Positions 1-10,229 of a stretch of DNA of 64,000 nucleotides are shown here, piece after piece. Numbering within the stretch: the first letter of the stretch is position 1; the number at the start of each line of letters is the position of its first letter. The notes beneath the pieces were generated by a model, which had not been told where the DNA came from, did no database searches, and saw nothing but the letters and a program-made list of their open reading frames with translations. Origin of the DNA: Craspedostauros australis (lineage: Eukaryota); assembly GCA_030167865.1 (NCBI GenBank), contig JALAGF010005434.1:1-64000 (forward strand), read 5' to 3'. The translations under genes were made by a program, and so were the position numbers.

Positions 1-182
1 CAATCAAGGTGTCAAGGCTTAGTACTCGAACGTAGAACGACTACGATGAGATACTGGAGAAAGAGAGAAAGAGAGGACCCGTCCACCTTCAGCACTGAAC
101 CTCAGGAGGTCAGTGCAGAGCCGCACCATTCAGACCGACTATCGTTTCTTCATCCTACATCTCAAACTGATCAACTCACAAT

Positions 183-371
183 GCAGACTATTCAAATAAC
201 TAATAGCACAACTCAAGATCAGCACTTCAACACTAATCTACTTCATTGTCACATACTACTAATCTCAAGACGGTCGCCACACGTTGACTTCACCATCAGA
301 TTCCTTGAATCTGGCAGTCAGCTAGGCCATCCCTTCCGGATCGTGTCACAACAGCACACGAAAATCCAACT
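183..371. repeat. 189-bp direct repeat, copy 1
   Basis: GCAGACTATTCAAAT...AAAATCCAACT recurs at 616-804 with 3 substitutions. Confidence 0.95.
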
Positions 372-565
372 GATGTCATGCATTTCTGTCAGTTGATGGA
401 CAGACTGCATTCCTGATGCTCTTAGAAATGATTGTTCACAAATGGCCTTCCGAAATTCTGATTTTTTGTGTGTGCCCGATGTTGTGATGTGATTTCGATC
501 AACCACAGATCAATCACAGATCACTCACGACACAAATGTTTGCGCCGCTTGTGCGTAGAGCATAA

Positions 566-615
566 NNNNNNNNNNNNNNNNNNNNNNNNNNNNNNNNNNN
601 NNNNNNNNNNNNNNN
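566..615. other. Scaffold gap (50 N)
   Basis: Run of N bases. Confidence 1.
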
Positions 616-804
616 GCAGACTATTCAAATAACTAATAGCACAACTCAAGATCAGCACTACAACACTAATCTACTCCATTGTCACATACTACTAATCTCA
701 AGACGGTCGCCACACGTTGACTTCACCATCAGATTCCTAGAATCTGGCAGTCAGCTAGGCCATCCCTTCCGGATCGTGTCACAACAGCACACGAAAATCC
801 AACT
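616..804. repeat. 189-bp direct repeat, copy 2, truncated by the gap
   Basis: Near-identical to 183-371 and begins exactly at the end of the gap. Confidence 0.95.
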
Positions 805-1693
805 CGATGAGCGGTTTTGAGAGCACCCACGATACGACGACTTGTGATGCAATGTGCGGTAACACCTCCCTTCACAAAAGCGTATGTTGGCGATTGCCAA
901 AAGCAAGTTTGTCGTGCTTGGTTGTCTCGATGGGTTTCTGAGGAGTACCTAAAATTGTCTGTCGATAAGTAGATTGTCCGCGGGTCCCTTGCCTTGACAT
1001 ATATGCTCATGCCAGATGGCCCACACGTCATGACGGTGCGACCTTCTCGGCGTATTGTTTCGGCACAATGGGGAAGTTGAATGCGTCCACGCCGGTTTTC
1101 GGGATCTAAGTGGGCCCAGGCTGCCTTTTCTCGCAATTTGTCCTTAATGGTTAGTCGGACATTGGAAGCCCTCGGTTCTGATTTCGAAGAAGTGGTTTGG
1201 TCACAAAGTGGAGGAATCTTCAATTTTGGACCGAATCGTTGGAATTCCTTCCTGTGATTTGCTGTTGTTGTCGCCAACACCGACGAGAGCCACAACTCGA
1301 CATCAAACGTCCCAACCCACAACATCGCTGTCACGTTGATGCTGGCAGAAATGGATCGCGAATGGATGACGAAAGCGAAAATGCGAAATCAGGGGAGAGA
1401 GCGCTTGGCACCTGGAGATGTCGGATCAGATGGCGCAGTTCGTCCGTGCTCTCTCCTTCCCCTCCCAGTAAATCGATCACGGAAAGGACAGTCAGTGAAG
1501 GAGAGAGGGAGCGAGAAATGGAGGGAAGAAGACAGCAGACAATCTGTCAGATCACACAATTTCGAAAAGGAACCGAAAGAAGACACTCGCCAATTCAGTT
1601 CAAGCAAAGCCACCTCAGCTCCATACTCATAATATTATACGACTCTCAGTCAACCAACAACCCACAATCAACAGCCCACGCGCAGACGGCATC

Positions 1694-2542
1694 ATGAACA
1701 AGACAACAGCACCAGCCCCGTCCAAGAAGAGCTCCTTCAGCAAGTTCGCGAGCATGTTCCGAGGTAGCAGCACAGGGAGCAAAGCGAACGAACCTGCGAG
1801 CGCAACGTCGCAGCAGCAAGCGAAGGTGCCATCTCTATCAGCTCATTCTCGCACAAGCGAGGCACCCATGCAGACCTGTTCCTCCAAGCCCAGCCGTGGC
1901 ATCCATCGAAAGGGTAGCAACTCCAGCAACGTCACGTCCGCCTCCACGCGGTCAACGTCGTCCGCCTCGTCGCTCAAGAGAAATGCGCCAACCGAGGTCG
2001 CCAAGCTCGACTGCAAGACAGAGATCCACGCCGAAGATATCAGGTACGATCTAGTCAACACCGTGATCCTATCATGGGAGCACAAGATCAAGGGCAACAA
2101 CCCCCAATGGCTGACGGTCGGCGGCGAGATGTTCCTGCGACGTCTCTTCTTCCGCTGTCCCGAGACCATCCACATGTTCGGATTCCCGGCCGACACGCAA
2201 CACGATGATCCCTCTCTCGCCCAGAACGAAATGTTCATGGCCAAAGGCAAGCGCCTCATCAAAGCCATCGACATTGCCATCAGCTTCCTGGGTCCCGATT
2301 TATCCCACCTCGAAGAGACGTTGTTCGAATTGGGCGGACGGCATGTCCAACGCAAGTGCCGTCCGTACCACTGGCCCATCGTCGGTCTGGCACTGTTCGA
2401 TGTCTTTGAAGAGATCCTGGGGGACAAATGGACGCCCGAACTTAGGGAGCAATGGACAATCATGTACAACTTCCTCGGTTTCCACATGATCCGCGGTCTT
2501 CTGCATAAGTGCCCAGCGCTGGCGGAGGACAGCAAGAGCTGA
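1694..2542 (+). CDS. Neuroglobin-like 3/3 globin with Ser-rich N-terminal extension
   Basis: Globin pattern: SW in helix A, GEMFLRRLFFRCP (B/C helices), CD1 Phe (HMF), LGPD, proximal His (LGGRH) and WTPELREQW...Y (H helix). Confidence 0.9.
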   Translation: MNKTTAPAPSKKSSFSKFASMFRGSSTGSKANEPASATSQQQAKVPSLSAHSRTSEAPMQTCSSKPSRGIHRKGSNSSNVTSASTRSTSSASSLKRNAPTEVAKLDCKTEIHAEDIRYDLVNTVILSWEHKIKGNNPQWLTVGGEMFLRRLFFRCPETIHMFGFPADTQHDDPSLAQNEMFMAKGKRLIKAIDIAISFLGPDLSHLEETLFELGGRHVQRKCRPYHWPIVGLALFDVFEEILGDKWTPELREQWTIMYNFLGFHMIRGLLHKCPALAEDSKS

Positions 2543-3831
2543 AGGGGGAGCAGCTCCTTCGGAGGAGTGGCGAATCCCAAAGAGTACTCTACATGTCATC
2601 GTATAGTCTAGGCGCGACAGAAGTAAGAATACCATGCATACAAAACTACACATACCACTTGTACATAGCCGGAGAGTAGCATTTCCAATTCCGCTGAAGA
2701 TACCATGTGATGTTCTGCCTTGATCATTGACTCTCTATTGCGATTGAAGGAGAGAGAGAGCATGTCGCTGGATTTTCGATTGCTTGACACCTTGCCCTCT
2801 CTTCTTCGCTTTCTCTTCCTCCGTGTTGGTGATGTTCGGTGAAAAACCTGTCCGGGAGAGTGCTCTGTATGTATTGCATGCAGCCCACCACGTGTGCAAA
2901 CCTTTTGAGATCATTTTAGCGAGCGGTGCGACGATGATGTTCTTCGTTCTCGCCGACGACTAAGTCATCTTCAAAGCTAGTAACGCAACCCACAGTCAAC
3001 ATCTCCATTGGTAGCAAGCAACCGCATCAGACGCAAACAACGAAGTAAATCGGTACCACGAATAGATTGTTCTGCACAGCGCTTTCCCGCAACCAAACGT
3101 TCTGTTCACAATCCCATCTGTCCCAAGGAGGAGAGGAGAACCAAATCGTATTCCGAGGTTGTTGGAGTTCCTCTGAGAACACGAACATGGTTCTGCGCTT
3201 CGCTCCAATTCGGGATCGTTTACGCTCGCAGCCTTTCAAATGTTTCGATGTCAGTTCGCAGGAGCTTTTCTGGCAGGTTGACCCAAGAATGGTGCCCCCA
3301 TGAGAAGCTCCGATTGAACATCTGCGATGGGTTGATCTGCTCCACGATTATTCCTAGTAGTAGGTACCTCGTGCGAGTGAGGCGGACAAGTCGACGAACC
3401 GCATGGACCAAAATGCACAATGGCGATGATGAACACGCTTGGTCGAGATGGACACCCTTCATCAAGATGGACACACTTGGTTGAGATGACTGTGAGAAAT
3501 GGCGCAAACGGAACTGAATTAGCCCCTCACAGAAACAGAGAATCTGACTCAGACGAACGAACGTTCGCTTCCTTTTTCGCTTTCGCCAACAGAGGGAAAA
3601 CAACAACAGATGGCGATGGTCATCGATGATGTTCTCAGCACATCATTCAGGCGCACCACAGCAAAGAGGACAAAGCAAATCCAAGAGGACGCACGAGAGG
3701 GGAGAGGACGAAGCGAAGGATACCTCATCTCTCATTCCATCGCTCCACTCTCGAATCGATCTTCTTCTCATACCGCCGTCCAAGTCGCCATCGAGTCGCA
3801 TCCCGCAGCAGTAACGGCACCAACAGCAACA

Positions 3832-4902
3832 ATGTCCGACCTCTTCGTCCGAAAGCATCTGCCCGACATCGATGAGGATTGGCACTATCATCTGACGGGC
3901 ACATTCCAAGACCTCATCCACACCAAGTCCTGGACCTTCCAGGAATTCTTCGACTACGTGGATGGTGGCGACGGCCTCGTGGCATGGACCGGCGAAGAAT
4001 GCTGCGTCCTGCCGACGGACATGGATCCACCGGATGAGCATGAGTATTCCATCAGCATGGTGGCCACATCCCAGCAAGCTGTTGCCAAGGGTGGCAAGCC
4101 GAAGAAGTACAAACTGTCCATCACCACAACAAAGGACTCGAAGAGCACCGAACATGCCAGTTCCACCATGCAAGGCTTGCTCATGCTGTGCCATGCCAAC
4201 AAGACGCCGCTGGATGTCACGTTCAAGCTCTTCGCGACGAATCCGAGGCAACCATTTCCGTCGTTGCAGCATGAACCAACGCCAACCGGCGGCCTTGCAT
4301 CGCTGTGCTTCCAATTTTGCGGACTGACGCAATCGACGTTGCGATCATTGACGCGATCTCCCGCCGTCCCATGCCTGCAACTGCGACAATGCGTCATCGC
4401 CGATGGATGGAGCGATGCATGGACGCCGTCTGCGATCGTCGACAAATGCCTCATGCTCAGCTGCACGCAAGCCGAATTCTGCAAATTCATTCCAGCCCTT
4501 GCCAACAACGCTCCCATCCAAAAGTTGGAACTGCTGCTCCATTTCTGGTTGCAGTCAGAGTGGTTCGCCCAATTCTGCGACACGCTGCAAGGCAACACGA
4601 CTTTGCAGGAGCTGCATCTCAGCTACTTGGATATCGGTGACGCGGATTGGAAGAAGCTGCTGCAGGCGCTGCATGCGCATTCGGCTCTGCGCGTGCTCGA
4701 TCTATCCTTCACGGAGAAGTTCGTGGATACGTTCCGGCGGTTGGATGAGGAGCGGCGGACGCAGCGCTCGCAGGCGGTGCTGGAGCTGGTGCAAAGCAAT
4801 CGCAACATCCAGGTGTTGACCTGGCCCGAATTTCAGCACGATGAGGAGATCATGAAGACCGTGACGGGAATCTTGGCGCAGCGGGCGGAGGGATCCAACT
4901 GA
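3832..4902 (+). CDS. RNI-like leucine-rich repeat protein
   Basis: LRR units LQGNTTLQELHLSYLDI, LHAHSALRVLDLSFT and VQSNRNIQVL. Start placed at MSDLF (3832), although the ORF is open from 3610. Confidence 0.75.
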   Translation: MSDLFVRKHLPDIDEDWHYHLTGTFQDLIHTKSWTFQEFFDYVDGGDGLVAWTGEECCVLPTDMDPPDEHEYSISMVATSQQAVAKGGKPKKYKLSITTTKDSKSTEHASSTMQGLLMLCHANKTPLDVTFKLFATNPRQPFPSLQHEPTPTGGLASLCFQFCGLTQSTLRSLTRSPAVPCLQLRQCVIADGWSDAWTPSAIVDKCLMLSCTQAEFCKFIPALANNAPIQKLELLLHFWLQSEWFAQFCDTLQGNTTLQELHLSYLDIGDADWKKLLQALHAHSALRVLDLSFTEKFVDTFRRLDEERRTQRSQAVLELVQSNRNIQVLTWPEFQHDEEIMKTVTGILAQRAEGSN

Positions 4903-5473
4903 AAAGGGAAGCGACGGAGTCAACGAAGCGGCGTATGAGCATACTCGTAGTCCTAGAGTCACTGGACTCCCACCGTTGTATCGTAGAAAACGAACAGGAA
5001 ATCAATACATAGCATTGCATTTGTGCCAACTACCGTTCGAGGACCTAACTCAGCCGTTCTTGATGGAGATGTTGGGATCAATAGAAAATGAGGTATTCCA
5101 GTATGGTCCTCTATGTTACCAATACATCAGCATCAGGGGTTGGCGATGGGTGAGGCAGTATCCAAAGAACAAAGAGCAATCTGAGTCGTGCAACTACAAC
5201 ACGTACGAGTATCTTGGCAAAGCGAACAAACGTGGGGCCAGTACCGTATTTGTGTATCGCAACGAAGGAGACCATGAATGCGAACAGATGGATGGAGACA
5301 CGAGAGAGAGAGAGCAGAGAGGGTGAGAAGAGAACTCACAAGCACGAAGTGTTGGATCTGAGTTCCGCATCAGTGCACAAAATGACTATTACCACACACG
5401 TACGCATCCATCTGCTCTATTGCAGAATACCATCAACAACATCCACAAGAAGAATCGTACCAAACGTTCAACC

Positions 5474-6457
5474 ATGTCATCCAACGTGAAAGCAGAAGTC
5501 GTCGACCCGACCGTGGTGCCCACCTCAACCAAGACATCAGACACTGACGGAACAACGGACCTGAAAGTTGACAATTCACAGAAGGATATCATCACGCCTG
5601 AATTGGGAGCAGTGCAGGAGACCTTGCTCATTCCGCTGATCGGTCGGGTCGTGGAAACGCGCAAGGGCAAGGACAAGGGCATGATCGACGATCCCAAATC
5701 AGTGGAGATCATCGAACGGCTCAACTATGATTTCACAAAGTGGGAATCTAATCCGACCATCGCCGGCACCGTCATGCGAACTCTCATGATGGATGAATTC
5801 GTCCAATCCTTTCTGGACGACCACCCCACCGGTACCGTCATCGAGATTGGGAGCGGCCTCAACACCCGCTTCGAACGTCTGGATAACGGACAGGTGCAAT
5901 GGTTCGATCTGGATCTGCCGGATACCATGGCACTGCGTCGCAACTTCTTTGACGATGAACCACGTCGCACGACCATCGCAGCCAGCATCGTGGACACGGA
6001 CTGGATCGAGACGGTGCAGCAGACCGGTGGTCCGTACTGTTTCGTGTCAGAGGCTGTCATCATCTATCTTGAGAAGGAACTGGTTCAGAAGACGATTCGT
6101 CAGATCGTCGACAACTTCCCTGATCCCACAACCACGATCGTCATGGACACGACAGGCACCAAGAACGTTGACGGGCAAGCAAACAGCGACCTGATGAAGC
6201 ATCTGTCCGAAGAAGCTTGGTTTCGTTGGAAGTGTGATGATCCTGCAGAGCTTGAGCAGTGGACCGACGGCAAGCTCAAGTTGATGGAATCGAGGAGCTT
6301 CTTTGATGCGCCCAAGGAAATCGCAGCAAAGCTCGCATTCCCAATCGGCTTCCTACTGACCTGGGTTCCTTTCCTGATGCGCATGGTCTCTCCAGGATAC
6401 CGCCTGAACGTGTACAAGGTGTCGGGTGATACATGCGAAGCTGGTGGAAATGAATGA
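5474..6457 (+). CDS. Class I SAM-dependent methyltransferase, LCM/TcmP (YktD-like) family, bacterial type
   Basis: Motifs VQETLLIPLIGR, RTLMMDEFV, VIEIGSGLNTRFERLD, WFDLDLPD..ALRR and SEAVIIYL. Intronless. Confidence 0.85.
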   Translation: MSSNVKAEVVDPTVVPTSTKTSDTDGTTDLKVDNSQKDIITPELGAVQETLLIPLIGRVVETRKGKDKGMIDDPKSVEIIERLNYDFTKWESNPTIAGTVMRTLMMDEFVQSFLDDHPTGTVIEIGSGLNTRFERLDNGQVQWFDLDLPDTMALRRNFFDDEPRRTTIAASIVDTDWIETVQQTGGPYCFVSEAVIIYLEKELVQKTIRQIVDNFPDPTTTIVMDTTGTKNVDGQANSDLMKHLSEEAWFRWKCDDPAELEQWTDGKLKLMESRSFFDAPKEIAAKLAFPIGFLLTWVPFLMRMVSPGYRLNVYKVSGDTCEAGGNE

Positions 6458-6912
6458 GTGAATGAATGAATGAGTCAACGCGTAGTGCAACCCGCTTTCT
6501 CTCTCTCTCCCTCTCTTCTCTTGTTCCACATCCAAGCCTGTCGTATTCTCTCCAGACAATGAAGTGCGATGATACCAATGATAAATGATCATAGAGCCTA
6601 TTATGTACGGGACGCTTACTATCATCCCTGCTAGTCTCTAGCTTCTTTCGCCCAATTCTACCATTTTGGCGAAAACGACGAGAACGCAATCGACTCGTTC
6701 GAATCAACCAAACACCCCTCAAAACCGTTGTTGTTCGCACAAATTCGCACACGACCGCCAAAACCGAAACGAGAGAACATGACCAAGACCGACAGAAACG
6801 CGAAGAGACGCAACCAATCCATCACAATCAACAATTCAACAAATCAACCATTGCTCACTATCTCACACATCACTCACAAAAGAAAGGCGACCTCATAACA
6901 CCACCAGACACC

Positions 6913-7860
6913 ATGGACATGCATCCGAAACCACTGTCGACTCACGTCGCGAGGAGACAGAAGCAGAAACGGCAGAAAGTCATCGAGAAGCAGCGGCAGA
7001 AGGAGCTGAAGAGGCAGAGGGAGCTTGCGAAATGCGAGAACATGACTGAATCCGAACTGCGAAAGCTGCGGCAGTCCGACTCCAAAGCCCAATCGAGGCA
7101 GAAGCTCAAGGTCTGCTTTCAACGCAATCATGTGGAGATGGTGAGTCTGCGGGTGGCCGGTGTTGCGTGTGGTATGTTGTGTCCTGCAATGCAATGCAAT
7201 GGAATGGAATGGAGCAAGACAGATATTTTGGCGAAAGGTTCGGAGCCGCTAGGAGAGGCGATTTCAAATCTCGTTCCGAGTTGATGAACCACTCGGCTGC
7301 GTTTGGTGGGCGCGGTTGGCCAGATCATGTGATGGAATGCTTACTTCGGCACTCTATAATACATACAGAATGAATGGATTCACATCTCACAATGGAAATC
7401 TGCGTGCCATGTCCAACATGCCATTCCATCTTGTCTCTATTGTTGGCGCGATCTTCGAAATCTTCACATCGCACTTTCCATCCCCACACACGCGCATGCA
7501 CGCATGCTGTCACAGTTGGTCGCAGACGAAGACCTGGTCAATGACCCACCGGACGATAGCGTGCACAGCGACCTCATCGACGGATCCTTGGTCTTGCGAC
7601 GATCGCACCATCCGAAGGTACAGAATTGCTGCGTCATTTGCCTCGAAGCCTACAAACCCGACGATCACGTCGTGTGGAGCTGCAACAAGGAGTGCGAACA
7701 TGCCTTCCATCGAACCTGCATCATGAAGTACCTCTCCCGCATCCACAAAAAGGCAGGCAGCACGCCGTGTCCCTGCTGTCGACGCGATTTCACTGATCTC
7801 GATGTTCAGAAACCGCGCAGCGGGCCCGTGGCGGCGCTCGCGCACATGATTGGTTTGTAG
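6913..7860 (+). CDS. RING-H2 zinc-finger protein (exons 6913-7140 and 7516-7860)
   Basis: GTGAGT donor at 7141 and CAG acceptor ending 7515 join in frame (phase 0). RING-H2 motif CVIC...CEHAFHRTC...CPCC. Confidence 0.85.
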
Positions 7861-8570
7861 CTACTTGATCGCAGCGGTGCATTGCATTGCAAGGAACGTT
7901 GCGCATGTGGCAACATTTCTTGTATCCATCCATATGCCATCACATACTATAATACATGAGATGCTGTCTTTGAACGGCAGCATCCAAAGCAACGTCCGCG
8001 AAATGCACTTTGCAGGTGCTTCCTGGGCGTTTCTTCTGCCTCACACATCATATAATACTACAATACATAGCGCATGCTGCACGCGGTGCCCGCATCCATA
8101 CATATCAATTTTCAAGCTCTGCAGGAGCCTCCATTTTATCAACAAACGCTCCTCCAGAGAAGTATAATACCATTAACGTTGCATCCACCACACACTCTCG
8201 AGAACAGAAGCGTGTGCAGAGTATGGCTACATTAGTTCTAATCCCAAAGGAGGATCGCCGCAGAGACGTATCGGAGAGATGGGAGATGACTTACTGTTAT
8301 AATACTCTCCTGCTTGTAGTCCTTGTGCCGAGGTCGCGGTGCCCTCGCGCGATGAATGCGAAAGTGGCGCGAAATGGGTGACTTTTGATGCCTTGGTTGA
8401 ACTTGCGTGTCAAAGATTGAGACACACGCACAAATCGCATCAGCCTTGCCATCAACGTCAACACCGCATCCATCGGCGTTTGCTTCGCAACCACACAGAG
8501 TACTGAGAATCGCCATAATTTCTCTGAAGAGGTCGGCACCTCATACTCATACTCATACTCAAGACCAAGG

Positions 8571-9755
8571 ATGAAGTCCACGATCAGTCAGATCATGGCG
8601 ATGACGACCACAGCATTGCTGGTGCTGTGCATCTCATGGAACACGCATGCGTTCATGACGCCCATGCCTTCTTCTCTTCTTCAAGGAAAGGCAATGGCGA
8701 CAACAGCAGCAGCAGCAGGAACCGGTGGACGCTCCATCTCTCTGCGAATGTCAGAACAGCAACAGGGACTTCCGGAGATCCCCATCCTCACCAAGACCCT
8801 TCCATCCGATCGCTCCAACGATCTTCTGATCGGCGAAGACGCCGGAACGTTCAACATCAACAACGAAGAATGGGGCGCATTGGGCGAACGCGGATGGTTC
8901 ACCTTCTCGGCTGCCGTCGCCACCATCCTGACCTGCGTCGCCGTCCTCTGGATCTACCCTGTGACAGGATACGCCGATGACTTCGTGGCATGGCTCGAGG
9001 CCATCGCGCACAACAATTCACACATCGTCACGTTGATGTTCGGAATCCTCTTTCCCATCATGCATTCCGGATTGGCATCGCTGCGCCCCTTCGGCGAAAA
9101 GATCGTCGGCGCGCGCACGTGGCGTGTCATCTTTGCCTTCCCCAGCCTGTGCCTGTCGTATTCGTGGATCTCGTACTTCATCTCGCATGCCCACGATGGC
9201 ATCGAATTCTACAATCTGCAATCGGTCGGCTGGGCGCGCGCCTTGGCCTTCGGCATCAGCTTCGCCTCCTTCTTCTTCCTCTACCCGTCCGTCTTCAATT
9301 TGAAGGAGGTCGCGGCCATCGAAGTCCCCAAACTACATCTGTGGGAGACGGGCATCATCCGCATCACACGTCATCCGCAGTTCGTGGGACAGTGCATGTG
9401 GAGCTTCGCGCATCTCGCCATGGTCGGCACGACCTTCACGGCATTGACGATGGCCCTGCTCGTGGGGCATCATTGGTTCGCGTGCTGGAATGGCGATCGT
9501 CGTTACCTCGCTCAGTTCGGCGATGATTTCGTGCAGGTGCAGCAGCGCACGTCGGTCGTGCCGTTTCAGGCCATCATCGAAGGTCGGCAGGTGCTGCCCC
9601 CGGATTATTGGAAGGAGCTGGCGCGTGGGCCGTATCTCATTATCGCGGTCGGGACGTTGGGCGCGTACTTTGCGCATCCGTACATGCAAGGTGCGGCGGC
9701 TTTGGCTCGTAACACGGGGTTGGTGCCAGGAGGGATCTTCGATGCGTTATTTTGA
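8571..9755 (+). CDS. Z-ISO: 15-cis-zeta-carotene isomerase (NnrU family), plastid-targeted
   Basis: [25 protein letters not shown] and WNGDRR...[15 protein letters not shown]. Signal peptide followed by THA-FMTP, an ASAFAP-type bipartite presequence. Confidence 0.93.
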   Translation: MKSTISQIMAMTTTALLVLCISWNTHAFMTPMPSSLLQGKAMATTAAAAGTGGRSISLRMSEQQQGLPEIPILTKTLPSDRSNDLLIGEDAGTFNINNEEWGALGERGWFTFSAAVATILTCVAVLWIYPVTGYADDFVAWLEAIAHNNSHIVTLMFGILFPIMHSGLASLRPFGEKIVGARTWRVIFAFPSLCLSYSWISYFISHAHDGIEFYNLQSVGWARALAFGISFASFFFLYPSVFNLKEVAAIEVPKLHLWETGIIRITRHPQFVGQCMWSFAHLAMVGTTFTALTMALLVGHHWFACWNGDRRYLAQFGDDFVQVQQRTSVVPFQAIIEGRQVLPPDYWKELARGPYLIIAVGTLGAYFAHPYMQGAAALARNTGLVPGGIFDALF

Positions 9756-10229
9756 TCGATCACTCGGTGGAACAAGTGGAGTTGTGGCATCATACATTCA
9801 TGCGTTGAACTTTCAATGAGATGGACATTCAGATTCGATCATTGCGCAACATTCAACGAATGCCCAACCACAACACTCGTGCTGCAACGTTTGGCACTGA
9901 TCAATGGTTGATGAATTACACTTTGTTTATTGATTTTTTTGTTTGTATGGCTCAGGATGGTGCAGCAGGAATAGTCTGCTACACCATGCTCTCTCTCTCT
10001 GTGCATGTAGTAGAGTAATCATCATTACACTCAAGTTCCTTTGCGTGTTGGTTGACCAGAAACTGCGACAAGCCGATCCTGTGTGTTTCTTGTATTTCGT
10101 GTTGTGTCTGTATACTATGTATATACGATCGTCTGCTTTCGTCATCTCGTGTCGCGTCGTACTGTGCTCTGCTTTCTATCATCCTCTTGTCGCTTTTTTT
10201 GCCACGCCGTTCATGTTCCTGTGCACACA

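Noticed and set aside
729..1334. 201-aa minus-strand ORF next to the repeat
   Set aside because: No recognisable transposase, gag or pol motifs, and it runs into the repeat.
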